Assembly (NCBI RefSeq): GCF_013315695.1
Contig: NZ_CP054353.1
DNA length: 64,000 nucleotides
Strand: one strand, 5' to 3'
Origin: Escherichia coli
Lineage (GTDB): Bacteria; Pseudomonadota; Gammaproteobacteria; Enterobacterales; Enterobacteriaceae
Positions within the stretch are counted from its first letter, which is position 1. Each line of letters starts with the position of its first letter. Positions 21,887 through 32,669 of this stretch are shown in pieces. The notes below the pieces were generated by a model. It had not been told where the DNA came from. It saw only the letters and a program-made list of their open reading frames with translations, and ran no database searches. Both the position numbers and the translations under genes were made by a program.

Positions 21887-23065
21887 ATGAGTAATATTGT
21901 TTACCTGACAGTAACGGGAGAACAACAAGGAAGCATCTCCGCAGGTTGTGGGACTTCTGAGTCTACAGGTAATCGCTGGCAGAGCGGGCATGAGGATGAA
22001 ATATTTACATTCTCACTCTTAAATAGTATTACTAATACGGGGCTTGGTTCACAGTTCCATGGTATAACATTTTGTAAATTAATTGATAAAAGCACTCCAT
22101 TATTTATTAATTCCATTAACAATAATGAACAATTATTTATGGGATTTGACTTCTATCGAATAAATAGATTTGGTAGATGGGAAAAGTATTATTATATACA
22201 ACTAAGAGGCGCTTTTTTATCGGCTATTCATCATCAGATCATTGAAAATCAACTGGATACAGAAACAATAACTGTTAGTTATGAATTTATCCTCTGTCAA
22301 CATATTATCGCAAATACCGAGTTCAGCTATTTGGCACTCCCTGAAAATTATAACTGTTTGTTTTTACCAAATTCAAAAAACCAAACAAATAATCGTTTCA
22401 AAACGTTAAACAGCAAAGCTATTGGCAGGCTACTTGCTGCTGGTGGCGTATACAATGGGAACATTGAAGGATTCAGAGATACTGCGGAAAAACTGGGTGG
22501 AGATGCAATAAAAGGCTATGATCAAATACTAAATGAAAAAACAGCGGGCATAGCGATAGCAACAGCATCTATTCTTTTAACAAAGCGTTCTAATGTTGAT
22601 ACATATACAGAAATAAATAGTTACTTAGGCAAACTTAGAGGTCAACAAAAACTTCTTGATGGTATAGACATAATAGAAATAATATACATTAAGAGACCTT
22701 CAAAAGACTTAGCTAACTTACGAAAGGAGTTTAATAAAACTGTAAGAAAAAATTTTCTTATCAAACTTACAAAAACCTCCGAAGCATCTGGAAGATTCAA
22801 CGCCGAAGACCTTTTAAGAATGAGAAAGGGCAATGTTCCTCTAAATTATAATGTTCACCATAAACTATCTCTAGATGATGGTGGTACTAATGATTTCGAA
22901 AATTTAGTATTAATCGAAAACGAACCATATCATAAAGTTTTTACTAACATGCAATCACGAATAGCTAAGGGAATATTAGTAGGTGAAAGCAAAATCACTC
23001 CCTGGGCCATTCCATCTGGCTCAATTTATCCTCCCATGAAAAATATTATGGAACCCACAAAATGA
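21887..23065 (+). CDS. yhhZ: Hcp-family (T6SS tube-like) protein with C-terminal HNH-type nuclease motif; orphan Hcp-toxin fusion
   Basis: 392 aa; Hcp-like N-terminus MSNIVYLTVTGEQQGSISAGCGTSESTGNRWQSGHEDEIFTF; C-terminal NYNVHHKLSLDDGGTNDFENLVLIENEPYHKVF (HH..N..H pattern); AT-rich codon usage. Confidence 0.85.
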   Translation: MSNIVYLTVTGEQQGSISAGCGTSESTGNRWQSGHEDEIFTFSLLNSITNTGLGSQFHGITFCKLIDKSTPLFINSINNNEQLFMGFDFYRINRFGRWEKYYYIQLRGAFLSAIHHQIIENQLDTETITVSYEFILCQHIIANTEFSYLALPENYNCLFLPNSKNQTNNRFKTLNSKAIGRLLAAGGVYNGNIEGFRDTAEKLGGDAIKGYDQILNEKTAGIAIATASILLTKRSNVDTYTEINSYLGKLRGQQKLLDGIDIIEIIYIKRPSKDLANLRKEFNKTVRKNFLIKLTKTSEASGRFNAEDLLRMRKGNVPLNYNVHHKLSLDDGGTNDFENLVLIENEPYHKVFTNMQSRIAKGILVGESKITPWAIPSGSIYPPMKNIMEPTK

Positions 23066-23556
23066 TGACTAAAACCCAAATAAATAAATTAAAAAAAATG
23101 ATGAATGATTTAGACTATCCATTTGAAGCACCGCTCAAGGAATCATTTATTGAAAGTATAATCCAAATAAAATTTAATTCTAATTCAACTAATTGCCTGG
23201 AGAAGTTATGTAATGAAGTTAGTATTCTCTTTAATAATCAACCTGATTATCTTACTTTTTTAAGAGCAATGGATGGATTCGAAGTTAATGGATTACGATT
23301 ATTCAGCCTCTCGATTCCAGAACCTTCAGTTAAAAACCTTTTTGCCGTAAATGAATTTTATAGAAATAATGATGATTTCATAAACCCTGATCTACAAGAA
23401 CGGTTAGTGATCGGGGATGATAGCATTTCAATATTTACTTATGACATTAAAAATAACTTTTTTGAAATTAGAGATAATATTGGCACAGAAAATATATTCA
23501 GTTCGTTTAGTGATTTCTCTTCATTCTTAAACGAAATCATGGACAGTTGTTCATAA
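23062..23556 (+). CDS. yrhA: Hypothetical protein, candidate immunity protein for the YhhZ nuclease
   Basis: 164-aa ORF whose ATG overlaps the yhhZ stop (ATGA); AT-rich; immunity role inferred from arrangement only. Confidence 0.65.
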   Translation: MMTKTQINKLKKMMNDLDYPFEAPLKESFIESIIQIKFNSNSTNCLEKLCNEVSILFNNQPDYLTFLRAMDGFEVNGLRLFSLSIPEPSVKNLFAVNEFYRNNDDFINPDLQERLVIGDDSISIFTYDIKNNFFEIRDNIGTENIFSSFSDFSSFLNEIMDSCS

Positions 23557-24005
23557 TAATCAAAAGGTAACAAAAATCATTATAAACCATGCCATCTTTT
23601 TAGAGATTACCAGCAGAAAATTCCTTGTTCGAAACTTAGCAATGCAAGCTATGGAAAAACTTACAACGGAACTACACTCCTTAAGTGAGATGGACCGAAG
23701 ACATGTAATCTCTATTTTAGCCGAAATAGCTAATGGCTATGATGATTTTAGTGACATGTTGATTTAGTTAGAATTTCACCCGAATCATAAGATTCTGATA
23801 TCTTAAATAAGAAAATCCCGTTCGACGTTCTGAAAAAGAAATCACAAAACATTAGCAGATACTTATTTCGTGACTGTATATTATCCGATGAACTTTTTTC
23901 AAAACCAGCATTTAATAATATCTTTGACGAAGATGAACGCGTCTTTTCTCAAAGTATAACGCAAGAATAATAATATAACGATCAACAATAATATTTATTA
24001 TAATT

Positions 24006-24290
24006 ATGATTACTTATCACGACGCATTCGCGAAAGCGAACCATTACCTTGATGATGCAGATCTCGCCGTCATCATTACTCTACATGGACGCTTTAGCCA
24101 GGGCTGGTATTTCTGTTTCGAAGCACGAGAATTTCTCGAAACTGGTGATGAGGCCGCGCGTTTAGCCGGTAACGCACCTTTTATTATTGATAAAGACAGT
24201 GGTGAAATTCATTCCCTTGGAACGGCAAAGCCGCTGGAAGAATATCTACAGGATTATGAAATAAAAAAGGCTACCTTCGGCTTGCCCTGA
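24006..24290 (+). CDS. yrhB: YrhB-family small protein (reported heat-stable chaperone-like protein)
   Basis: 94-aa ORF MITYHDAFAKANHYLDDADLAVIITLHGRFSQGWYFCFEAREFLETGDEAARLAGNAPFIIDKDSGEIHSLG..., recognised as YrhB. Confidence 0.8.
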   Translation: MITYHDAFAKANHYLDDADLAVIITLHGRFSQGWYFCFEAREFLETGDEAARLAGNAPFIIDKDSGEIHSLGTAKPLEEYLQDYEIKKATFGLP

Positions 24291-24296
24291 CAATAC

Positions 24297-24320
24297 GGCC
24301 CTCTTCCCACGAAGAGGGCC
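24297..24320. terminator. Bidirectional terminator hairpin between convergent yrhB and ggt
   Basis: Perfect 10-bp stem GGCCCTCTTC-CCAC-GAAGAGGGCC between the two stops. Confidence 0.6.
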
Positions 24321-24327
24321 GCTAACC

Positions 24328-26061
24328 TTAATACCCCGCCGTTAAATCATCTACTGAGCGCGGGTCGGATGCGCCGTACAACTCACCGTCAGGCCCAACC
24401 ATAATGCTTTGTGTACTGCCCATCGCCTCTTTCAGCACTACTTTCTGACCTTTTGCTTCCAGCAGCTTGAGCGTATCCGGGCTAAATCCTTTCTCGACAC
24501 GCAGCTCGTCCGGCAACCACTGATGGTGGAAACGCGGTGCATTGGTCGCTTCGGCGACATTCATACCATAATCGATGCTATTCACCACCATTTGCAGCAC
24601 GGTAGTGATGATCCGGCTACCGCCTGGGCTACCAGTCACTAACCAGGTTTTACCGTCTTTCACCACAATGGTTGGTGACATCGACGACAGCGGGCGTTTA
24701 TTCGGCCCGACCGCGTTGGCGTCACCACCCACCAGCCCGTAAACGTTCGGTACGCCAGGTTTGGCGGAGAAATCATCCATCTGGTTATTGAGCAAAATAC
24801 CGCTCTCGCCCGCGACAATGCCCGTCCCGAAGGTGGTGTTCAGCGTATAGGTCACCGCCACCGCGTTACCGTCTTTATCCACCACTGAGTAATGGGTAGT
24901 TTGATTACTCTCATAAGGCGCAAGCTTGCCGGGGCGAATTTCGCTGGATGGCTTCGCTTTATTGATATCGATTTGATCGGCAATAGATTTGGCATAGGCT
25001 TTATTGGTCAGCGCCTGCCACGGTACTTTGACAAAATCCGGGTCGCCAAGATATTCCGAGCGGTCGGCATAGGCGTATTTCTCAGCTTCTGCCATGATTT
25101 GCATCGCGTCGGCGCTGCCAAAGCCGTACTTCTGCATATCGAAGTTTTCCAGAATATTGAGGATTTGTACGATATGGATCCCGCCGGAGGATGGCGGTGG
25201 CATGGAGTAAACCTGATACCCGCGATAATCGCCGCTTATCGGTGTGCGTTCGACCGCTTTATATGCCGCTAAATCTTCTTTGCTGATCAAGCCACCGTTT
25301 TTCTGCATCTCCTGGGCAATCTGTTCCGCTATCGTGCCTTTGTAGAATTCATCCGGGCCGTTTTCGGCAATCATCTCCAGGCTCTTTGCCAGGTTCGCCT
25401 GCACCAGCTTGTCGCCCTTTTTCAGCGGTTCGCCCTCTTTCCAGAAGATAGCTTTGCTGTTTTCGTGGTTCAGCAGCACTTCACTGCCGTAGGTTTTGAG
25501 ATCGTCAGCCAGCGCGTCGTTAACGATAAAACCATCGCGTGCCAGTTTAAACGCCGGTTGCACCACTTTATTCAACGGCATGGTGCCGTATTTATCCAGC
25601 GCCAACGAGAAACCCGCTACCGTACCGGGTGTGCCGGAAGCCAGATGCGAAGTGAGTGATTTTTTGCTGTCCGGGTTGCCCTGATCATCGAGGAACATAT
25701 CGCGGGTCGCTTTGGCGGGTGCCATTTCGCGGAAATCGATAGCCGTGGTATTGCCATTTTTCGAGCGGATCAGCATAAAACCACCGCCGCCCAGATTCCC
25801 TGCCTGCGGATGCGTTACTGCCAGCGCGTAGCCCACCGCCACGGCAGCATCAACGGCATTCCCGCCCTCCTTTAGAATATCTACCCCCACTTGGGTGGCA
25901 GTGGCATCGACAGACGCCACCATCCCCTGTTTCGCGCGTACCGGATGGAAGACATCTTCCTCCACACCATAAGAAACAGGAGGCGCGGCTACCGTACTAA
26001 AACAACTTCCTGTGAGCAGAGCAGCAATGGCCACCCGGCGTAAAAACGTCGGTTTTATCAT
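24328..26061 (-). CDS. ggt: Gamma-glutamyltranspeptidase
   Basis: ORF track starts 9 codons upstream; ATG at 26061 gives MIKPTFLRRVAIAALL... with a signal peptide; catalytic-threonine region TTHYSVVDKDGNAVAVTYTLN. Confidence 0.95.
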   Translation of the reverse strand: MIKPTFLRRVAIAALLTGSCFSTVAAPPVSYGVEEDVFHPVRAKQGMVASVDATATQVGVDILKEGGNAVDAAVAVGYALAVTHPQAGNLGGGGFMLIRSKNGNTTAIDFREMAPAKATRDMFLDDQGNPDSKKSLTSHLASGTPGTVAGFSLALDKYGTMPLNKVVQPAFKLARDGFIVNDALADDLKTYGSEVLLNHENSKAIFWKEGEPLKKGDKLVQANLAKSLEMIAENGPDEFYKGTIAEQIAQEMQKNGGLISKEDLAAYKAVERTPISGDYRGYQVYSMPPPSSGGIHIVQILNILENFDMQKYGFGSADAMQIMAEAEKYAYADRSEYLGDPDFVKVPWQALTNKAYAKSIADQIDINKAKPSSEIRPGKLAPYESNQTTHYSVVDKDGNAVAVTYTLNTTFGTGIVAGESGILLNNQMDDFSAKPGVPNVYGLVGGDANAVGPNKRPLSSMSPTIVVKDGKTWLVTGSPGGSRIITTVLQMVVNSIDYGMNVAEATNAPRFHHQWLPDELRVEKGFSPDTLKLLEAKGQKVVLKEAMGSTQSIMVGPDGELYGASDPRSVDDLTAGY

Positions 26062-26180
26062 CGTTATTCTCCAGAGATTAAGGGGCAACCCCAGCTAAGC
26101 CTGGTATATAACTCTGAATTAATCATCGTTTTGCCGGGAAGCGAGTAAACTTAAAGAATATCTTCAGAGGAGGATACGCG

Positions 26181-26621
26181 ATGAAACGACTTCTGCTTTT
26201 GACGGCACTCCTGCCGTTTGTCGGCTTTGCACAGCCCATTAATACTCTGAACAACCCTAACCAGCCGGGATATCAGATCCCCAGCCAGCAGCGGATGCAA
26301 ACTCAAATGCAGACGCAGCAAATCCAGCAAAAAGGGATGCTGAACCAGCAACTGAAAACGCAAACGCAGCTGCAACAGCAGCATTTAGAAAACCAGATAA
26401 ACAATAATTCTCAGCGGGTGTTGCAGTCACAGCCGGGGGAGCGAAATCCCGCCCGGCAGCAAATGCTGCCCAACACCAACGGCGGGATGTTAAACAGCAA
26501 CCGTAATCCGGATAGTTCGTTGAATCAGCAGCATATGCTGCCGGAGAGGAGAAACGGCGACATGCTGAATCAGCCCAGCACGCCGCAGCCTGACATTCCG
26601 TTGAAAACTATTGGGCCGTAA
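26181..26621 (+). CDS. yhhA: Secreted Gln-rich protein (DUF2756 family)
   Basis: 146-aa ORF with signal peptide [17 protein letters not shown] and a Q-rich low-complexity body. Confidence 0.85.
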   Translation: MKRLLLLTALLPFVGFAQPINTLNNPNQPGYQIPSQQRMQTQMQTQQIQQKGMLNQQLKTQTQLQQQHLENQINNNSQRVLQSQPGERNPARQQMLPNTNGGMLNSNRNPDSSLNQQHMLPERRNGDMLNQPSTPQPDIPLKTIGP

Positions 26622-27351
26622 AGTTCGGACCAATCACGTCAATCGCATCGGTACAGATGCAATCCACGCCCCAGCGCAGCAACTCTGCCGCGCGCTGGGG
26701 TTTATTGACGGTATAAACCAGAATTCGCAGTCCTGCATCTTTCAACTGCATCACTCGCGCTTTATCGAGCAACTTATGATTGAGATGAATAGAGACGCAG
26801 CCCAGTCGCGCGGTCAATTCTCGCCAGTCGTCGCGCCATTCATCAAGCAATAAACCACGCGGCAGTTCCGGTGCTGCCTGTTGCGCGGCTTCTAAAGCAT
26901 CAATCTCAAACGATGACAGCAGCGGCGGCGTCATACCGGTCCACAGTTCGCGTGCCGCCAACGCCACCATTTTGCCCGTTAATGGTCCAGTGCCAGTGGT
27001 GGGTTTGATTTCGATATTCGCCATCATCCCGTGTTTGCGACAACGTTCCGCCACCTGCGAAAGCAACGGCAGTGGCTCACCTTTAAACGCTTTGCTGTAC
27101 CAACTGCCTGCATCCACGCGCAGTAAATCCTGCCAGTTCAGATCGCCCGCGACGCCCCAGCCGTTGCTGGTGCGTTCAAGATTGTCGTCATGGAGCAGGA
27201 AGATCTCGCCATCTTTCGATAACTTCGCGTCAAATTCGATCATCTTATGACCGTATTTTGCCCCGACGTCGATTGCTGCCAGGGTGTTCTCCGGGGCCAG
27301 TTTACCGCCGCCACGATGGGCGACGATGCGGGGATAAGGCCAGTTACTCAT
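26608..27351 (-). CDS. ugpQ: Glycerophosphodiester phosphodiesterase (cytoplasmic)
   Basis: 247-aa ORF; GDPD motif [15 protein letters not shown]; last gene of the ugp operon. Confidence 0.95.
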   Translation of the reverse strand: MSNWPYPRIVAHRGGGKLAPENTLAAIDVGAKYGHKMIEFDAKLSKDGEIFLLHDDNLERTSNGWGVAGDLNWQDLLRVDAGSWYSKAFKGEPLPLLSQVAERCRKHGMMANIEIKPTTGTGPLTGKMVALAARELWTGMTPPLLSSFEIDALEAAQQAAPELPRGLLLDEWRDDWRELTARLGCVSIHLNHKLLDKARVMQLKDAGLRILVYTVNKPQRAAELLRWGVDCICTDAIDVIGPNFTAQ

Positions 27352-28418
27352 ACTCGTTGTCCTGTTTCACCATCAAAAAGATGTAGCTGATTTTCCGGCA
27401 GATGCAGCCACAGCGTGCTGCCTGCCGTCGGGCGCTCCTGATGTGCCAGTCGCACCACCAGCTTCTGTTCGCCCCAGCGTCCGTGCGCCAGGTTATCTGC
27501 GCCGAGGATCTCCAGCGTGTCCATCACCAGCGGCACACCACCTTCTGCCTGCGAGCTTAGCGCTATATGTTCCGGGCGAATGCCGAGGGTCATTTTACGC
27601 CCGGCATACTGACGGTAGCCACCGTTTAGCGGCAGCGTAATACAACCATCCAGTTCGAAATGCGTACCTTCGTTATTCACGCGACCTGCCAGCAGGTTCA
27701 TCGCCGGGCTGCCGATAAAACTCGCTACAAACAGGCTGGCGGGCTTTTCGTAGACTTCCACTGGCGTGCCAATCTGTTCGGCAACGCCGCCGTTCATCAC
27801 CATTACTCGCTGGGCGAGCGTCATCGCCTCAACCTGATCGTGGGTAACGTAGAGTGAAGTCGTTTTCAGGCGACGGTGCAGCTGTTGCAGTTCAAGACGC
27901 ATCTGCACACGCAGCTTGGCATCGAGGTTAGAGAGCGGCTCATCAAACAGGAACACTGCCGGCTCACGCACAATCGCACGCCCCATCGCCACACGCTGAC
28001 GCTGACCGCCAGATAGCTCACGCGGGCGGCGCTTAAGCAGGCCGTCCAGCTCCAGAATGCGCGCCGCTTCTTTAACACGTTCGGCAATTTGTTGCTTGCC
28101 CATGCCGCGAATTTTCAGCCCCCACGCCATGTTCTCCTCTACGCTCATATGCGGATAGAGCGCGTAGTTCTGGAACACCATCGCAATCCCGCGATCTTTC
28201 GGCTCCATTTCGGTGACACGCTTGCGGTCGATCCAGATATCGCCCGTCGTTACCCGCTCCAGTCCGGCCACCATTCGCAATAACGTCGATTTCCCGCAGC
28301 CAGACGGCCCGACCATCACGATAAATTCGCCATCCGCCACATCAAGGGTCAGCGGTTTAATGACCTGGGTTTTGCCATCCCAGCTTTTGGTTACTGCCTG
28401 TAATTTCAGTCCTGCCAT
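27348..28418 (-). CDS. ugpC: sn-glycerol-3-phosphate ABC transporter ATPase
   Basis: ORF track starts 13 codons upstream; ATG at 28418 gives 356 aa [13 protein letters not shown]...; Walker [10 protein letters not shown] and LSGGQRQR signature. Confidence 0.95.
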   Translation of the reverse strand: MAGLKLQAVTKSWDGKTQVIKPLTLDVADGEFIVMVGPSGCGKSTLLRMVAGLERVTTGDIWIDRKRVTEMEPKDRGIAMVFQNYALYPHMSVEENMAWGLKIRGMGKQQIAERVKEAARILELDGLLKRRPRELSGGQRQRVAMGRAIVREPAVFLFDEPLSNLDAKLRVQMRLELQQLHRRLKTTSLYVTHDQVEAMTLAQRVMVMNGGVAEQIGTPVEVYEKPASLFVASFIGSPAMNLLAGRVNNEGTHFELDGCITLPLNGGYRQYAGRKMTLGIRPEHIALSSQAEGGVPLVMDTLEILGADNLAHGRWGEQKLVVRLAHQERPTAGSTLWLHLPENQLHLFDGETGQRV

Positions 28419-28419
28419 C

Positions 28420-29265
28420 TTATTTCTCACTATCGACCAGGCCGCGCACGAAGGCACGCTGCATCACTAAAACAATCACTACTGGTGGGATCAGGGTTAA
28501 CAACATCGCCGCCATCACCGAGTTCCATTCCGTGGTGCCTTCGCCTGTGGCGATCATCCCTTTAATCCCTGCTACGGTGGTGCCGAGATCCACATCGGTA
28601 ATAATCAACAACGGCCACAAATACTGGTTCCAGCCGTAGATAAAGGTGATCACAAACAGCGCCGCCAGATTGGTTTTGGACAGCGGAAAAACGATGTCGC
28701 AAAAGAAACGCATTGGTGACGCGCCGTCGATCCGCGCGGCTTCCACCAGCTCATCCGGCAGCGTCATAAAGAACTGGCGGAACAGGAAGGTGGCGGTCGC
28801 CGAGGCCATCAGCGGCAGCGTTAAGCCGGCGTAGCTGTCGAGCATCTTCAGATTGGCGATGACTTCCACCGTCGGGAAGATACGCACTTCAACCGGCAGC
28901 ATCAGGGTGATAAAAATCATCCAGAAGAAGAGGTTACGTAGCGGAAAACGAAACCAGACAATGGCAAATGCCGAGAGCATCGAGACGGTAATTTTGCCGA
29001 GCGTAATGCTGAACGCCATCACGAAGCTGTTAAGCAACATCCGCCAGAACGGCGCACTATTCGTGCCTACCCCGTTTACCCAGATGTTGTGGATGTTTTC
29101 CAGCAGATGTGTGCCGGGGATTAGCGTCATCGGCGCGGCATAGACTTCTTGTTTATCCAGCGTCGCCGCGACAAACGCCACGTACAGCGGGAAGAGGATC
29201 ACCGCGATCCCGAGGATCAGCATGGTATGGCTGAATATTGTCAGCCACGGACGGTTCTCAATCAT
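28420..29265 (-). CDS. ugpE: sn-glycerol-3-phosphate ABC transporter permease
   Basis: 281-aa membrane ORF in the ugp operon. Confidence 0.95.
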   Translation of the reverse strand: MIENRPWLTIFSHTMLILGIAVILFPLYVAFVAATLDKQEVYAAPMTLIPGTHLLENIHNIWVNGVGTNSAPFWRMLLNSFVMAFSITLGKITVSMLSAFAIVWFRFPLRNLFFWMIFITLMLPVEVRIFPTVEVIANLKMLDSYAGLTLPLMASATATFLFRQFFMTLPDELVEAARIDGASPMRFFCDIVFPLSKTNLAALFVITFIYGWNQYLWPLLIITDVDLGTTVAGIKGMIATGEGTTEWNSVMAAMLLTLIPPVVIVLVMQRAFVRGLVDSEK

Positions 29266-30149
29266 TGGTAACGTACCTTGCTTTCAACATAGCGGAACTG
29301 CACCACCGTCAGCACGATGACGAGGAACATCAACACCACCGACTGCGCGGCAGACGAAGCCAAATCCAGTCCGGTAAAGCCTTCGCGGTAGATCTTATAA
29401 ATCAGCGTCGTGGTGGCCTGAACGGGTCCGCCGGACGTGGCGGCGTCGATGACCGGGAAAGTATCGAAGAAGGCGTACACCAGGTTCACCACCAGCAGGA
29501 AGAAACTCACCGGAGCGATAAGCGGCAGCGCAATCTTAAAGAAGCGGCGAATCGGGCCTGCACCGTCGATGGCTGCGGCTTCGATCAACGAACGGGGAAT
29601 GGATTGCAGCGCGGCATAGAAGAACAGAAAGTTGTAGCTGATTTGCTTCCACACTGAGGCAAACACCACCAGGAACATCGCCTGACCGCTGTTTTGCGCG
29701 TGGTTCCAGTCGTAGCCGAACTCAGCGAGAAAATGGGTGATCAGCCCGCGACCGGGGTTAAACAGAAAGATCCACAATACGGCGGCAACGGCGGGAGCCA
29801 CGGCATACGGCAGCAGCATCAAAGTTTGATAGAAACGGCTGCCGCGCACGATGTACTCCACCAACGCCGCGAAGAACAGTGACACCAGCAAACCGCTGAC
29901 GGTGACAAAGGTGCTGAATTTTATCGTCGTCCAGAAGGAGTCGAGATAATAGCTGTCATGAAACAGCGCGACGAAGTTATCCAGGCCGACAAACTGGCTG
30001 GAGAAACCAAATGGATCGACACTTTGCAGCGAGTACCACAACGCTTCGCCCGCAGGCCAGATAAAAAAGATAACGGTGATGATGAGCTGCGGCGCGACCA
30101 GCAGATAAGGCAGCCAGCGCGAGCGGAACACCGGACGGGATGATGACAT
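29262..30149 (-). CDS. ugpA: sn-glycerol-3-phosphate ABC transporter permease
   Basis: 295-aa membrane ORF, overlaps ugpE by 4 nt. Confidence 0.95.
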   Translation of the reverse strand: MSSSRPVFRSRWLPYLLVAPQLIITVIFFIWPAGEALWYSLQSVDPFGFSSQFVGLDNFVALFHDSYYLDSFWTTIKFSTFVTVSGLLVSLFFAALVEYIVRGSRFYQTLMLLPYAVAPAVAAVLWIFLFNPGRGLITHFLAEFGYDWNHAQNSGQAMFLVVFASVWKQISYNFLFFYAALQSIPRSLIEAAAIDGAGPIRRFFKIALPLIAPVSFFLLVVNLVYAFFDTFPVIDAATSGGPVQATTTLIYKIYREGFTGLDLASSAAQSVVLMFLVIVLTVVQFRYVESKVRYQ

Positions 30150-30170
30150 TACAGTTAATTCCTGAACTGT

Positions 30171-30238
30171 GCCGGATGCGCTTCGCTTATCCGGCCTACA
30201 CGCGATGCCAGGTCAGATAAGCGAAACGCATCCGACAT
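30171..30238. repeat. REP/BIME palindromic element between ugpA and ugpB
   Basis: GCCGGATGCGCTTCGCTTATCCGGCCTACA (30171..30200) and inverted partner GGTCAGATAAGCGAAACGCATCCGACAT (30211..30238). Confidence 0.7.
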
Positions 30239-30246
30239 TACACTGA

Positions 30247-31563
30247 TTAAGACTTCGTCGATTTCTCAAAGCGGCGCAGTAACTGGTTCCCACGCTCAAC
30301 GGCAGTATCCAGCGCCTGCTGTGGTGTCTTCTTACCGGTCCACACGCTCTCCAGCTCTTCATCCACAATCACGCGGATCTGCGGCATGTTGCCCAGACGC
30401 AGCCCTTTGGTGAACGGCAACGGCGGCTTGTTCAGCATCTGACGCGTCGCAATATCCGCTCCTGGGTTTTTCTCGTAAAAGCCCTGCTCACGGGTCAGGT
30501 CATACGCCGCTTTAGTGATTGGCAGATAGCCGGTTTTCTGATGCCACTCGGCAGCGTTTTCTGGCTTTGCGAGGAAGTCGAGGAACTTCGCCACGCCGGT
30601 GTAGGTTTCTTTATCTTTACCCTGCATTACCCACAGGCTGGCTCCGCCGATAATGGCGTTTTGCGGCGCGTCTTTCGCATCGGCATCGTAAGGCATCATG
30701 CCTACGCCATAGTTAAATTTGGCGTACTCGCGAATGTTGGCGAGAGAACCGGAAGAGGCGGTGGTCATCGCGCAATCACCGTTATAGAACTTCTCGGTGG
30801 ATTCATCCTTACGCCCAACGTAGCTGAAATCGCCCTTCTTGTTCATCTCTTCGAGCATGGCGATGTGTTTCACCTGCTCCGGCTTGTTGAACTCAAGCAC
30901 CGCGTCTGTGCCGTCAAAGCCGTTGTTTTTGCTGGCAAACGGCAGACCGTTCCAGGCGCTAAAGTTTTCCAGTTGGATCCAGCCCTGCCAGCCGCTGGCG
31001 TAGCCGCACTTCATACCGGAGGCTTTCAGTTTCGCGGCATAGTCAGCCAGATCCTGCCAGGTTTTCGGCGGCTGTTCCGGGTCTAAACCGGCTTTCTTGA
31101 AGGCGTCTTTGTTGTAATAGAGAACGGGAGTCGAGCTGTTGAACGGCTGGGAGAGTAAGTGGCCGGTTTTGCTGTCGGAGTAGTAGCCTGAAACCGTCGG
31201 CACAAACTGCGACTCATCGAACTGAATCCCCGCATCTTTAAACACGTCATATACCGGTTTAATGGCTTTCGACGCCATCATGGTGGCGGTGCCAACTTCA
31301 TAAACCTGCAAAATAGCCGGAGCGTTGCCGGTACGAAATGCGGCAATCCCCGCGCTTAAATTCTGTTCGTAGTTGCCTTTATAGGTCGGTACAATTTTGT
31401 AATCCGGGTTTTCGGCGTTAAAACGTTGGGCCAGAGAATCCACCTCTTTACCCAGTTCCCCTTCCATAGAATGCCAGAACGGAATGGTCGTCGCTGCCTG
31501 CGCATTTGCCATTAAAGCCAGTCCGAGCGCCAGTGCTGAAGCTGTATAACGTAACGGTTTCAT
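30247..31563 (-). CDS. ugpB: sn-glycerol-3-phosphate periplasmic binding protein
   Basis: 438-aa ORF with signal peptide [23 protein letters not shown]. Confidence 0.95.
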   Translation of the reverse strand: MKPLRYTASALALGLALMANAQAATTIPFWHSMEGELGKEVDSLAQRFNAENPDYKIVPTYKGNYEQNLSAGIAAFRTGNAPAILQVYEVGTATMMASKAIKPVYDVFKDAGIQFDESQFVPTVSGYYSDSKTGHLLSQPFNSSTPVLYYNKDAFKKAGLDPEQPPKTWQDLADYAAKLKASGMKCGYASGWQGWIQLENFSAWNGLPFASKNNGFDGTDAVLEFNKPEQVKHIAMLEEMNKKGDFSYVGRKDESTEKFYNGDCAMTTASSGSLANIREYAKFNYGVGMMPYDADAKDAPQNAIIGGASLWVMQGKDKETYTGVAKFLDFLAKPENAAEWHQKTGYLPITKAAYDLTREQGFYEKNPGADIATRQMLNKPPLPFTKGLRLGNMPQIRVIVDEELESVWTGKKTPQQALDTAVERGNQLLRRFEKSTKS

Positions 31564-31640
31564 TGATTATCTCTCTTGTTGTACCGAATGCGCGAATTCA
31601 CGCGTTTTATGCTCGCGGGGTAACATGACATGCTCGAATT

Positions 31641-31700
31641 ACAGAAAAATAACTATTTTGTTACATTTTTAAGATAGTAAGGTGTCAGAAAGATGACAAG
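31641..31700 (-). promoter_or_regulatory. Pho-box array of the ugp promoter (PhoB sites)
   Basis: Minus strand reads CTTGTCATCTTTCTGACACC then TTACTATCTTAAAAATGTAA, resembling tandem pho boxes (CTGTCATA-type), about 80-140 nt upstream of ugpB. Confidence 0.5.
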
Positions 31701-31922
31701 GCGGTGACGGCGCGGGCGAGGGAAAATGGGAGATGGGGCACGGATATCCCGAGAATGCACTGAAAAGAGGCGATTAACGGCCAGCTAATCGCCAGAACTC
31801 CTTACCATGAAGAGCAAAAATGGCAGCAAATTCTGCGTCCAGTTTTGCTGCCCGATGAGAGCTACATTTTTCAATTTTAACAAAAGATTGCCGCGACACT
31901 GGTCTAACGGCAAAGAAGATTT

Positions 31923-32669
31923 TCATTGCACCACACTCTGCTTCAGCCGTTCATTGGCGGTCTTAATCCATTCCCGGTGGTGTTTTCTATAATGTGGTTT
32001 TGAACGTTTAGCCGTATCAACCACAGCAATATACTGCTCGTTGGCTTCACGTAACCGACTCATTTTCGCCAACATTTCCGCATAGTAAATACGTGCCTGC
32101 GGGCCGGGGTAATAAGAAACAAGCACCTCAAACTCACTTTCCGCATCAGCGTATTTTTCTTGTGCGGCTAACGCTCTGGCAAATAACAAATGCCCGTCTG
32201 CCGACTGAAAATCGGGGTTATAACGCATCACATCTTCCAGCGTCTGCTGACAGGCGGCGAACTCCTGAATAGCAAATTGCACCTGCGCCAGGCTTAACAT
32301 CATTACCGCTTCATGGGCGAAAATTCCGCTTAACGCCTGCTGATAATGGGGAACGGCTTCGTGATAACGCCCAAGGCGCGCCAGTTCGTTAGCTAACGCA
32401 TAATGGTTTTGATTAGTCTCGGCAATCGCCAGCTCTTCGGTTAATTTGTGCAGGTGGCGTTCCGGGCTGATTTTGTCCTGCAGGCGCATCAGCAAAGTAC
32501 GCCCGTGACGGTCAGCGCCCGTTTCAGGCAGCATGACCATGACGAAATACGCCACGCAGCCAATCACCGGAAAACAGAAGATAATAAAAATCCAGTATCG
32601 CTCTTGTCCGGAGCGATAAGCGTGAATACAGCAAAGCAGTTCAAGCATGACGACAACGGCATAATGCAT
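31923..32669 (-). CDS. Hypothetical membrane-anchored protein: PLDc_N-like two-helix N-terminus plus TPR-like repeat domain
   Basis: 248 aa. N-terminus HAYRSGQERYWIFIIFCFPVIGCVAYFVMVMLPE resembles the PLD-superfamily N-terminal membrane domain (compare cardiolipin synthase N-terminus); the rest is helical-repeat-like. I do not recall a gene between ugpB and livF in K-12. Confidence 0.7.
   Translation of the reverse strand: MHYAVVVMLELLCCIHAYRSGQERYWIFIIFCFPVIGCVAYFVMVMLPETGADRHGRTLLMRLQDKISPERHLHKLTEELAIAETNQNHYALANELARLGRYHEAVPHYQQALSGIFAHEAVMMLSLAQVQFAIQEFAACQQTLEDVMRYNPDFQSADGHLLFARALAAQEKYADAESEFEVLVSYYPGPQARIYYAEMLAKMSRLREANEQYIAVVDTAKRSKPHYRKHHREWIKTANERLKQSVVQ

Noticed and set aside
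21660-24000. IS1 or other insertion sequence in the yhhZ-yrhB islet
   Set aside because: Looked for transposase-like ORFs and terminal inverted repeats; none present, the only ORFs are yhhZ, yrhA and a 41-codon frame.
30171-30238. Possible CRISPR-like repeats (also at 38461..38560)
   Set aside because: These are single inverted REP/BIME palindromes with no array of regularly spaced direct repeats and no cas genes; not CRISPR.
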